Shown: positions 24,752 through 37,500 of the stretch, in pieces
How the letters are laid out: each line of letters starts with the position of its first letter
Numbering within the stretch: the stretch's first letter is position 1
Origin: Lama guanicoe
Lineage: Eukaryota
Reading direction: 5' to 3'
DNA length: 64,000 nt
Assembly: GCA_013239625.1 (NCBI GenBank)
Contig: MU053561.1
Location: 250,826-314,825 of the forward strand
Made by a program: the position numbers and the translations under genes
Notes under the pieces: model-generated
Database searches by the model: none
The model's input: the letters and a program-made list of their open reading frames with translations, nothing else
What the model was told of the DNA's origin: nothing

Positions 24752-25297
24752 CTTAGAGCAACCTCATGTGTTTGAGTTTTGGGGCAGAGGGAGCTATGCA
24801 GACTTCGTTGGGATCTTTTCACAGCTCCCTCAGTGTGTAGAGGTGAGCTTCAACAAACAGGTGAGTGTTTTAGTTGTTAGGGGAGACTGTGAGGAAAGCA
24901 CACAAAAATGCCTCCATTTGTGAAACTTCAGTGAACATAGGCCAGGATTAACTTGGTATCAGTCCTGCTGGTTATCAGTGCTTGCAGGTGAGCCTGTTTC
25001 TTTTCCTAGCTTCCTTCCACTTATTTTACTTTCTTTTGGACTCTTTGAATTTGGTACTAATGAAATTGATATTATTAATCATCACTATAACTGTTTATTG
25101 AGTGCTTGTTCTGTGTTAGACACTGTACAGCTAAGTGCTTTACACTCACTATCCCATTTAATCTTTAGAACAACCCTGGTGTTTTCATCTCAGTCTAAAA
25201 GATGAATTTTAAAAAGGTTGGTAACTTACCCAAGATTATGCAGCTAGTTAATGATAGAGCTAGGTCTGTTTTACTGCAAGGCCACACTGCTTACCAC

Positions 25298-25543
25298 CAT
25301 GCTTTTTAAACTACAGATTGTGACCACTGGTGGGTCATGAGACCAGTTTGGTAGGTCTCCAACAGCACTTTTTTGGGGGAAAAAAATGAAATAGCATGGA
25401 AAAATCACAAGGTAGGATAAGCATTGTTTCTTGAAATTTTACTTTTGGCTGTACACATACACACACACACATATGAATATTGAGTTATGATTTAACATGT
25501 GTTTTTTACTGTAGGTCACAGTAAAAATGTTTGTAAGCTACTG
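25298..25543. mobile_element. hAT-Charlie-type MITE relic (family uncertain)
   Basis: Inverted subterminal motifs (TTTTTAAAC..GTGACC / GGTCAC..AAATGTTTGTAAGCTACTG), located between MIR fragments. Confidence 0.5.
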
Positions 25544-28500
25544 TCTTGCTGGCTGTGGGACCATAAGTCATCTAATTTTTTTTTTTAACAGATGAGAAAA
25601 TTTAGATTATAGAAAAGTAATTTTCAAGAGCACCAAAAATAGTAGCAGTACAAAGACAAGATATCTGACTTTCCAGCCCTTGGTCCACTGCTTTATCCCT
25701 CACAACATTCTGCTTCCTTAAAAGTGCACTGTATTGCCTGAGAATTGAGTCTTATCTTTCCACGTGATGGGAAATATGCCATGGAACCTTTATAGATGTA
25801 GACAAAACTTGAAAAGGGAAGTTGAATTTTAGCCTGCTCTCGGTAGGTGAAAATTCTGCCATGGAGCTCCCAAAGTCTGCAGATAAAGATGTAACATTTC
25901 TCCTGTGGGTTCTGGTGTACTTGATGGAGTGAGGATAATAATATTAACTAACAGTGCGAGGCTGTAAGTGCATTTCATATATTAACTCATTTAAGTACTA
26001 ATTATTTTGACAGCTGGTCATGGCTAGGACATGACCTCGGCTGTTTGAGTGAGACTGGGCATCCTACCAGCATGAGTTAACACTTCTCTATGCTGTCCCC
26101 AGTTCCTTATTTTGTTCCTGCCGAGTTCAGAGCTGTTTTCCTCATAGTCTGGCTTACCTGGGCATGATCTCAGGTTAATTTTCTTGTTTCGGACCCATCT
26201 ACCTTCATTAGATGGGTAATTCAGGTTCCTGTTACTTTTCCCTTTAAATTAGTGCATTGTTGATTTGCATCAGGGGCAGGACTGTGAGTTGTCAGCACGA
26301 ACAGGTGATGGTATACGTTGGTCCCCCATGCAGAGTGCTGCCCCAGCACTGAACATGAAAGGGCTTACTACAGTCTGTCCAGGAGTAGCGGGAGACACTT
26401 GGAAATAACTTGGGAACGCATAGAAACCCTTCCAGCAAGTGCCCTTTAGCATCATGCAAACAATCCATGGAAGCTAAGGGAATGCAAGGTCAAGGCCTCC
26501 TCTGGGAGGCAGGGAGGGGTAGAGATTAGTGGGGAAGGGAGGCTAACATCTTACAGTTAGAAGAATGACATGGGGAAGCAAGTAAGGATAGGGTGAAAAC
26601 CTTCACTTGTGAATCATAAAATTCGAGTGAGAAGGAACCTAAAAGGCCTGGAAGAGTGAGGTGATTGACCTTCGGTCAGGTGGCTTGTTGAGAGAGCCAG
26701 GCATGGGACCATCCTGACATGTTCACCTGAGTTGTCTTCTAAAACATCAGATTACGGAAAAAAATTACTCACACTCACTCTAGAGTGAATGAAATAGAGA
26801 CCCCAGGAACATGTACCAGATTTATTCAGTTTCTTTGCTTTTTCCCCCAAATGCTGTGACCCCACCCCCACCCCCCACCCAGGGCTGTATGTCCTAGTTT
26901 ATGAAATATCGGGGTAAGGCAGGAACCTCCAAACTTTAAAAAGGTATGCCCCAAGAAAAACTTTTTTTTTTAGCATGGACTTTCTCCTCCAAGTACATAA
27001 ATATTTATAAATTATATACCTGTACAACTCTTAAACCATACAGGCATATGTTAACTCTGAGTGAAGTTGAATTATATGTTTTTTTATTTACTTTTATTTT
27101 TATTTTTTTGAATTATATGTTTTTTTAGATTGTAAATAGGTAGACGTTCTAAAAGTTCTTCTGGCACCCCAGTGGATGGTCTTGCACCCCTCTACCTCTG
27201 GTAAATACACATCTGATTTTGCAGACCATTGACCCAGAGTGAAAATGGAAGAATCTAATGTGAAAGCTATTGTTTCTTTCATTAGATAAATTAGGTTTTT
27301 ACTCCTAATGTTTTGAATGTCCCTCTACAAAATAGTTTTTGAGTTGAAGTTTTTAATTAAGAAGCTGCCTTCTGAGAGTGGAAGAGATAAGGATGGAGGA
27401 TGTATGTGAATGAGGTTGAATTTCTCCTTAAGGAATAGTGCTGTTTGTGATCTAAGGAGAATCAACAACTTTCTCTTTTATGGTCTGTGTTGGTGTAAAA
27501 CCCTTGTTTGATGTCTTTAAGCCTTTTCTCCCCACCACTTCATAATCCATTGTGATTCCTAATCCTGAATCAGCCTTAACTAGAGAGCAAATTAGAAATG
27601 ACAGAGCAGTAGGATGGAGAATATACCACACTTTCCTATGGAATGCTGTTGAATGCTACTGGTAACATGCAAGGGTTATTGATTAGTTTTAGGCCTTCTG
27701 CACTATTGCCCAGAGTTGAGCAAGACTTGTAATCAGAAGTAAAGAAAATAAATTAGGGCATTTCATTTCAGAGTTTGGAAGGCCAGGACTATGAGGATTA
27801 GCTAAGGCAAAGATACACTGAGTAAATGCAGTGAAAATTAATTTTGGTAATAAGAAGTTCCATTCTTGTAATCAAATAAAAAGGAATACCCTGGTCATCG
27901 TTTGTGGAGGGACTCTGGAGAGCAAATTAGAGAAGGGGTAAAACTCACTGGCTACACAGCAGAGCCAGACAAACTTAGGGACATGTATTCTATATACGTA
28001 GGTATTTCCCAATATTTTTTCAGTTGTGAGGATGCAAATCATTTCAATATTAGAGCAGCTCAGTTCATTACTGTTACTGGAAAAACGAGTTAAACCAAGT
28101 ACATGTCCTACTGAGGGTGAGTCAACAGTGTCATTTTAACATAAGGAGGGACAGTATATTAAGTGAGTTATTCCAAGTCCTGTGGTTTTCCTCCAGCTGA
28201 GCAAAGAGCTGTTGTTTCAGAAGTGGGGCTTAGATGCAAAAAAGAACTTGCCCATTTCCTTTCTTTCTCAATTACAGCCGCTTAGTTTTCTTTTTGGCCT
28301 AAGCCTTTTCAAATATTCATTTTCTCTTTAGATTTCTGTCATTAGATTTCCTGAACTTTGATGGAATACTTATTTATAGAGATTATATTATTTTTTTAAA
28401 GACCTATTGTAGTTTAAAACTTTTTTTTGAATTTATCCACCAATTAATAGACCAAGGTTGGTGTATGGTGTCAGATAGCCTTTAGAAAATGTCCTAAGGG

Positions 28501-31500
28501 CAACAGAAAAGTGATCTATTTTGACATGTCATTATTTTCTACAGTTCTTTGGTGGTGTGGACTTGAAGTAAGGTGGTATTTTATGGAACAGTATGCCAAA
28601 CTGTGGTGATGAAATTTATCCTTTTGACTTTGAAAGACAGGAGTCTGCTATTCTCAGCCTTGTGGAAAAACAGTGCTCTGAGCTGTCTGAGGTTTACTCA
28701 AGTGGGATCCAATATCGTTAAGGGTATGTGTCTGAATAGTTTATTTCTTGGTTTGGGAAGGTGAGTTTTTGTCTTTTTTTTACCCTCAGTGATTTCCTTT
28801 AATTAGGGAGAAGCCGACCAGATGAGGAAAGTATTCTATCTCTTACGGCATTCTTGGTTTACCACATTTGTTATTACCCGCCTTCTCTGAGTAGCTGGCC
28901 ACACTTTTCCTGTTTAGTGGTTCGGTTTTCATTAACTTAACTACAGATGTGTTCTTTACAGGGATTTATTACTGATCAGTTGAATTATGGGTAGCTTGAT
29001 CAAATGTTGATAGGTTGCCTACTTTTAACAGGGTCATCATTTGTAAGAGTAAATCTTGTCAAGATATAAGGTGTCATCATTTATATGATCTGATTCCATA
29101 ATTTCCTTTTGCTTCTGTGATGATACTCTGTTATTGAGAAGAAATGGTATCTAGTTACAGTTTTACGAAGAAAGAACTCTGTACAGTTTCACCCATTCTT
29201 TGATCTCATAGAGCAGTTTGTTCTTGCCTTTTTCCTAAGAGATAGTCCATAGCAGTGTATTGAATCCTAGAGTTGGCAAAATTTCAAAAGTGAGGTTCTT
29301 TTGTTGTGGAGGTAAGAGAGATACTAATGAATGGATGTCAGTCCTTGTTAGGGCATGTGCATGAACAGTGGTTCTGAAATGCAGCATTGGTGGCCCCTCT
29401 TGTTCTGGGAACACAGTCTTGCTTTTGTTTTTGACAAGTGTGTGGTCATTAGCTGATCTTTGGCATAAATGTTTTTTATGTACGGAACTGGTATGTGAGT
29501 GCTTATATACATGGGAATGTTATGGTCACAACTGTATGTTATGGAGGTTTGTAGGTTTTGGTGGATATCAGGTTGTTCTGACTGCATCTCAGTGGGTGTA
29601 GTGACTGAAAGGATGCTGGACTTGTAGGTAAAATAATTGTGTTTTAGTCCTGGTTTGGCCGTCTTGACTTGCATGAGTTTGGGCAAGTTTCCTTATTTCT
29701 TTGACTTGTTTCCTCTTCTGTAAAATGTTACTAATACCAGTTTGCATGCCTTACAGGATTGTTGTAGAGATCAAATGAAATCATTTGTATGAAAATGTTT
29801 TATGAAGTGTGAAGGTACTTTTATTATAGCATTATTTTTCGCCAGTTGATCTGGGTATGCTCAGCCTTCTCTGGGCTGAGAAATTCAAGGTGTGAGCTGA
29901 CTTTCGAATTTGTTTGGCCACCATGTTCACATTGGCCTTAAAATGCTTGTAGGTTTGGGTGAGAAAATAGGTAGGAATAAGCTGAAAATTCCTGCCCTTT
30001 AGAAGCTAGGATGTTAATCCTAAGTACTTTTTGCCAAGTCAACACCACCTCCATCTTGTAGGTAGAATAGGTGCTTCCTACTCTCATTTTACTGGAAGGA
30101 CACTGACCAGACAACTAAATTAGGGTATGACTAGCCAGTTTCAGAAATTCATATCATTAGAGTTACCTTTGGGGGGTAAGTTATTGCATCTTTGGAAGGT
30201 TGCTGATTTGGGGTTATTTTCTGTGGCGGTGGAAGCTCACTGTGCTTACATTTATAAACTTGTTTTACTTAACAATTCTAAGGCCAGATTACATTGAGAG
30301 GGAGGGTGCTTGATTCCCTTGATGTTTTTCATATAAAACTTAGAGTATTTGAGACTTTCTGTGGTAACTTACATTTAGGCTCATAGCCAAAGTGATTACA
30401 ATGCCTTGGTTTTAATATTGTTGATGAGGTAATGTGTGCTTTGGTTGGGAGGAGGAGAGATGTTATTTAATCACCAGCAAACACTAATACACTAATAACC
30501 ACATTCACTAAATCCATTGTCCCTTTGCTTGAACTGAGGGTTACTTGCTTTAATACATGGTTTTCCAAAGGACTTAATCCTGTTGATGTGATGAGGTGAT
30601 GGTGGGAAGGACATTCCCACTGGGCCTGGAGTGGCATAACTGGTAAAACTTCCTTTGTAAATCCCTCTTGTTCTACAGGAGTGTCACTCCCATGTCCCCA
30701 AAGTGGAATGAATTTTTATTGAGGAGAGTATTTTAAGAGCGATAAACAAAAGGGATTAAAATATCTCCCCTGTCAGGTCATTGTAGCCTTGGAAAGCTAG
30801 AATAAGCTATCATTTTGCAGATTTTATTTTTGTCTTTTGTGGGAAATTAAGGACTTGTTTATGTTCTTTTTGAGGGAGATAGAAAACGACTGGCCTGCTC
30901 CTTCAACAGTTTGGCTTGGCAAACATTTTCCAGACATTTTCTGGGTGTCTGGCATCATAGCTGGGTTGACGCTAGGTAGGGCAGACATGGTGTAGGTGTT
31001 GCCCAGTCCAGAATCTGTCTTTTGCTGAAACTCCCTTGGGGCTGTCAGGCAGGAGGAGTGGCAACAAAGCAGATGAAATGAGTAGTAGGCCAGGGCATCT
31101 ACCTTAAAAAAAAAGTCTTCTAGGAATTTATGACTCATTTATATGAGAGTGGGGAAACACTGGGCTCCAGAAAGTCAACACCCCTTACTGGATTTACTCC
31201 CCAAATTATGATTTAATATATTGGAGTTTAGGTCATTTCTTTTGCTTTTTCTGAGAACTTTGGGCTGAACCTGAAACAAGGGAAGTCTTTTGGCCTCTCT
31301 AGAACCTCTCTAGAACCAAGAAAACCTTTGTCAAAGGCAATGTAACTTTGCCAAATCAGGTGTTTGCCATATCAGGTGTTTGCCAAATCAGGTGTTGCTG
31401 CACATAGAGAAACCTAGATTTCCTTCCTTTGAGTGAAGACACAAACATGGGAAGTTTAAGTTTCCTTATGATCACTTATTGATGTACAGGTATACCTTGG

Positions 31501-32216
31501 GGATATTGCTGGTTCAATTCCACACCACCAGAATAAAGTGAATATTGCAATAAAATGAGTTACATGAATTTTTTGGTGTCCCAGGGCATATAAAAGTTTG
31601 TACACTATATTGTAGTCTATTAAGTGTGTAATAGCATTATGTCTAAAAAATGTATATACCTTAATTTAAAAATACTTTGTTGCTGAAAAATACTGACCAT
31701 CGTCTGAGCCTTCATCGAATTATAATCTTTTTGTTAGTGGGGGGTCTTGCCTGGATGTTGGTGGTTGCCCACTGATCAGCGTGGTGGTTGCTGAAGGCTG
31801 GGGTGGTTGTGGCAATTTCTCAGAATAAGATAATAACGAAGTTTGCTGCATCAGTTGATTCTCCCCTTCAAGAATGATTTCTCTGTAGCATGCAATGCTG
31901 TTTGATAGCATTCTACCCACAGTAGAGCTTTTTTCAAAATTGGAGTCATCTTAAACTGTGCCCCTGCCTTATCAATTAAGTTTATATAATATCCTAAATC
32001 CTATGTTGTCATTTCTAGTCTTCACAGCATCTTCACCAGAAGTAGATTCCATCTCAAGAAACCACTTTCTTTGCTCATCCATAGAAAGCATCTCCTTATC
32101 TGTTAAAGTTTTATCATGAGATTGAGCAATTCAGTCACATCTTCAGACACCACTTCTAATTAAAGTCTTCTTGCTATTTGCACCACATCTGCAGTTACTT
32201 TGTCCATTGAGGTCTT

Positions 32217-35200
32217 TTTTAAAATTGAAATATAGTTGAGGGTACAGTATTATGTTACTTTAAGGTATACTACGTAGAGATTTGACATTTGCATACATTA
32301 TGAAATGATCACCTCTGTCCCATACAAAGTTATTACAGTATTATTGATCATATTCCTTATGTATCTTTGTGGCTTATTTATTTTATAACTGGAGGTTTGT
32401 AATTTGTACCTCTTAATCCCCTTCACCTATTTTGCTCCACCCCACTCTTTCCCCTCTGGCAACCACACATTTGTTCTCTGTATCTATGAGTCCATTTTCA
32501 TTTTGCTTTCTTTGTTTTGTGCTTTAGATTCCACATATAAGTGAGATCATACAGTATTTGTCTTTCTCTGTCTGACTAATTTCACTTAGCATAATACTCT
32601 CTAGATTCATCCATGTTGTAGCAAATGGCAAGATTTCTTTTTTCTGTAATGGCTGAATAGTATTCTGTTATATATTTGTATATATCACAGCTTCTTTATC
32701 TGTTCATCTATCAGTGGACATTTAGGTTGCTTCTATATGTTGGCTCTTGTAAATAATGCTGCAGTGAACATTGGTGTGGAGATATCTTTTTGAATTTGTT
32801 TTTGTCTTCTTTGGGTAAATACTCAGAAGTGGAATTACTGCATCATATAGCAGTTCTATTTTTAGTTTTTGAGGAGCCACCATGACTATTTTCCATAGGG
32901 GCTGCACCAATTTATAATCCCATCAACAGTGCATGAGGGTTCCCTTTTCTACACGTGCTCACCAACGCTTGTTATTTGTTGTCTTTTTGATGATTGCAAT
33001 TCTGACAGGTGTGAGGTGATAATCTTGTGGTGGTTTTGGTTTGCATTTCCCTAATAATTAGTGATGTTTAGCATCTTTACATGTGTCTGTTGGACAATGT
33101 GTGTCTTCTTTGGACTGTGTCTATTCAGGTTCTCTGCCCATTTTTTGATAGGGTTGGTAATTTTTTTGATGTTGATTTGTAAGAGTTCTTTGTATATTTT
33201 GGATATTAACCCCATAACGATTTATCATTTGCAATATCTTCTCTTATTCAGTTTGCTGCTTTTTTTGTTTTGTTGTTAGTTTCCTTTGTTGTACAAAAGC
33301 TCTTTAGTTTGATGTAGTCCCATTTGTTTATTTTTGCTTTTATTTCTCTTTCCTGAAGAGACAAATCCAAAAAAAATATTGCTAAGTTTGGTGTCAAAGA
33401 TTTATACTGCCTTCTAGAAATTTTATGGTTTCAGGTCTTAAATTTAAGTCTTTAATCCATTTAAAATTTATTTTTATATGGTATAAGAAAGTAGTCTAGT
33501 TTGATTCTTTTGCATGCAGCTATTTAGTTTCCCCAGTACAATTTATTGAAGAGGCTGTCTTTCCCCTATTGTATATTCTTGCCTCCTATGTTGTAGATTA
33601 GTTGATCATATAAACCTGAGTTTACTTCTGGGCTCTCTATTCTGTTCTGTTGATCTGTGTGTGTGTGTGTGTGTGTGTGTGTTTGTGTGTGTGTGGGTGG
33701 GTGCGTGAGCGCGCGTGCCTGTGTCATACTGTTTTGACTACTATAGCTTTGTAGTACAATTTCAGTCTGGGAGCATGATACCTTCAGCCTTGTTCTTCTT
33801 TCCCAAGATTGCTTTGGCTTTTGAGGGTCTTTTTGTGGTTCCATCCAAATTTTAGGATTATTTGTTCTATTTCTGTGAAAAATGTCACTGGTATTTTGAT
33901 AGGGATTGTGTTGAATCTGTAGATTGCTTTCTGTTAGGACAGTTAAACAATATTGATTCTTCAATCCATGAGCATGGTATATCTTTTCATTTGTTTGTTT
34001 CACCTTCAGTTCCTTTCATCAGTATTTTATAGTTTTCTCAGTACAAGTTGTTTACCTCTTAGATTTATTCCTAGGTGTTTTATTCTTTTTGATACAATTG
34101 TAAATGGAATTATTTTCTTAATTTCTCTTTTTGTTTATTTTTAGTATACAGAAATACAGTAGTTCTCTGAGTATTAATTTTGCATCTTGCACTTTACTGA
34201 ATTAATTTCTTAGTTCTAATAGTTCTTTTTTGATAGAATCTTTAGATTTTCTGTATATAGTATTATGTCATCTGCAAACAGTGACAGTTTTACTTTTTCC
34301 TTTCCAATTTGAATTTATTTCTTTTTCTTGTCTGATTGCTGTGGCTAGTACTGCCAGTGCTACACTTGAATAAAAGTAGCATGAATAGGCATCCTTGTCT
34401 TGTTCCTAATCTTAGAGGGAATGCTTTCAGCTTTTCACTGTGAAGTATGATGTAAGCTGTGGATTTGTCATATATGGCCTTTACTATGTGGAGGTATGTT
34501 CCTTCTATACTCACTTTATTGAGTTTTTTTTTTTAAATCAAAATTGATGTTGAGTTTTGTCAAAAGCCTTTTCTGCATCTATTGAGATGATCATATAATT
34601 TTTATTCTTCAATTTTGTTTGTTGGGAGTTTTTAAATTACTGACTCCATTTAAATACTGCTAATCAGCCTGTTCATATTTTCTATTTCTTCTTGATTCAA
34701 TCTTGGGAAATTGTACATTTCTAGAATTTATCCATTTTTTTCTAGGTTGTCCATTTTATTGACAAATAATTGTGTGTAGGAATCTCACCTTTTGTATTCG
34801 TGTGATATTTGTCATAACTTCTCCTGCTTCATTTCTGATTTTATTGATTTGAGTACTCTTTCTCTTTTTCTTGATGAGTGTGGCTAAAGTTTTATCAATT
34901 TTGTTTATAATTTCAAAGAACCAGCTCTTAGTGTCATTGATCTTTTCTGTTGTTTTTTAGTCTCTATTTCATTTATTTCCACTGATCTTTATTCTTTCTT
35001 TCCTTCTACTAACTTTGGGTTTTGTTTGTTCTTCTTTTTCTAGTTCCCTTAAGTGTAAGGTTAGATTATTTGAGATTTTTCTTGGTTTCTGAGGTAGTTT
35101 TGTATTGCTATAAAATTCCCTTTTAGAACTGCTTTGGCTGCATCCTGTAGATTTTAGTTATTATGTTTCCATTTTTATTTGTCTCTAGGTGTTTTTTTAT

Positions 35201-37500
35201 TTTTATCTTTTATTTCTTCAGTGACCAATTGGTTGTGTAGTAGCATGCTGCTACCATGTGTTTGTGGGGGATTTGCAGGGTTTTTTTTTTCCTTATAGTT
35301 GATTTCTAGTGGTTTAAAAGATGCTTGATATGATTTCAGTCTTCTTAAATGTATTGAGCCTTGTTTTGTGATCTAACATGTGATCTGTCCTGGAGAATGT
35401 TCCAGGTGTACTTAAAAAGAATATGTATATTGCTGTTTCTGGATGAAATATTCTGTATATATCTATTCATTCTATATGATCTAATATGTCATTTAAGTCC
35501 AGTGTTTCCTTATTGATTTTCTGTTTGGATGATCTGTGTATCGATGTAAGTGGGATGTTAAAAGTCCCCTACTATTATTGTGTTACTGTCAATTTCTCCC
35601 TTTATGTCTGTTAATATTTGCTTTATGTATTTAGATGCTCCTATGCTGGATGCACATAGATTTACAATTGTTACATCTTCTTGTTGAATTGATCCCTTTA
35701 TTACCATGTAATGTTCTTCTTTGTCTCTTGTTACAGTCTTTGTTTTAGAGTCTATTTTGTCTGATAGAAGTATTGCTACCCCAGCTTTCTTTTCATTAAC
35801 ATTTGCATGGAATATCTTTTTTCATTCTCTCATTTTCAGTCTCTGTGTGTGTTTAGATCTGAAGTGAATCTCTTATAGGCAGCATATATATGGATCTTGT
35901 TTTTGTATTCATTTAGCCACTCTGTGTCTTTTGGTTGCAGCATTTAGTCTATTTACATTTAAAGTAATTATTGATAGGTATGTACTTATTGCCATTTTGT
36001 TCATCATTTTCTATTTTTTTCTATTTCTTTTTTGTTCCTTTATTCTTCTTTTGCTGTCTTCCCTTGGGATTCAATGGCTATCTTTTGTGTTGTGTTTAGA
36101 TTCCTCTCTCTTTTGTTTGTGTTTCTATTATAGCTTTTTGGTTTGTGGTTACCCTGAGGTTCAACAACAATATATCTGTATATTTCACTACTGTTGTCTT
36201 TTAATCTTCCTACTAGTTTTGTAAATGGTTGATCTACTGCCTTTGCCAGTGAAATTTTTCATTCATAATTTTCATATTTCTAGTTGTGACCTTTTCTGCT
36301 TAGACAAGTCCCTGTAACATTTCTTGTAAAGCCAGTTTAGTGGTACTGAACTCTTTTGGCTTTTACTAGTCTGTAAAACTCTATCTCACCTTCAAATCTG
36401 AATGATAACCTTTTTGGGTAGCATATTCTTTGTTGTAGGTTTTTTTCCTTTTATCATTTTGAATATATTGTACCACTCCCTTCTGGCCTGCAAAATTTAT
36501 GCTGAAAAGTCAGCTGATAATCTTATGGGGGATTTCCTTGTACTTAACTAGTCGCTTTTTTCTTCCTGCTTTTAAGAGTCTGTCTTTATGTTTGCCATGT
36601 TAATTATAATGTGTCTTGGTGTGGAGTTCTTTGGGTTCATTTTGTTTGGGACAGAGGTGCTTCCTGGACTTGGATGTCTGTTTCCATCCCCAGGTTAGGG
36701 AATTTTCCAGCTATTAATCTTCAAATAGTTCTCTGCCTCCTTTTCTCTCTCTTCTCTCTCTGGGACCCCTATAATGTGAATATCAGTATGCTTGATGTTG
36801 TCCCAAAAATCTCTTAAACTATTCGCATTTTTAAAAATTGTTTTTTCTTTTTCTTTCAGTGATTTCTGCTACTTTGTCCTCCAGATTGCTGATCTGTTTC
36901 TCTTTATCATCTAATCCACTATTGATTCCTTTTGGTATATTTTTATTTCAGTTATTATATTCTTTAACTCTGTTTAGTTCTTTTTTTATATTTTATAACT
37001 CTTCTTGAAGTTCTCATTGTGTTCATCCGTTCTTCTCGTGAGTTCAGTGAGCATAATTATGATAATTACCTTGAGCTCTTTATTGGGTCGTTTGCTTATC
37101 TCCACTTTGTTTAACTCTTTTTCTGAGGTTTTGTCTTGATCCATCATTTGGAACATATGGAGACATAGCCTCTGTCTCCTCATTTTTCCCAATTCTCTGT
37201 GTTTATTTCTATGTGTTAGGTAGGTTGGTTACATTTCTCAAACTTGGAGAAGTGACCTTATGTAGGATGTTTGCCATGGGGCCCACCAGCACACTACCCT
37301 CTAGTCTCCAGAGCTGTATATTCTCGGGCCCTACTGTTGTGGCAGGGATAACTCCTATGGGCATGCTGGTAGGTGGGGCTAGCCCTTGGCCTGGTTTGCT
37401 GAGAGGCCATGCCTCCTCAGTGGCTGTGGTCCAGTTGGAGGGTGGAATAGGCTTCCCATGCAATTGACTGCATGTCCTAGGGGGCTGTGATGCTAGTACC
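32217..37500 (-). mobile_element. ~5.3-kb decayed L1 (part of 5' UTR, ORF1, ORF2, 3' UTR) inserted in Tigger1
   Basis: ORF1-like remnant 36986..37192 and RT-region remnant 34290..34514 ([37 protein letters not shown]). Degenerate TSD TCCATTGAGGTCTT (32203-32216) / TCCACTGAAGTCTT (37501-37514). Confidence 0.95.
33656..33722. repeat. Compound (TG)n microsatellite within L1 ORF2
   Basis: Read directly. Confidence 0.9.
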
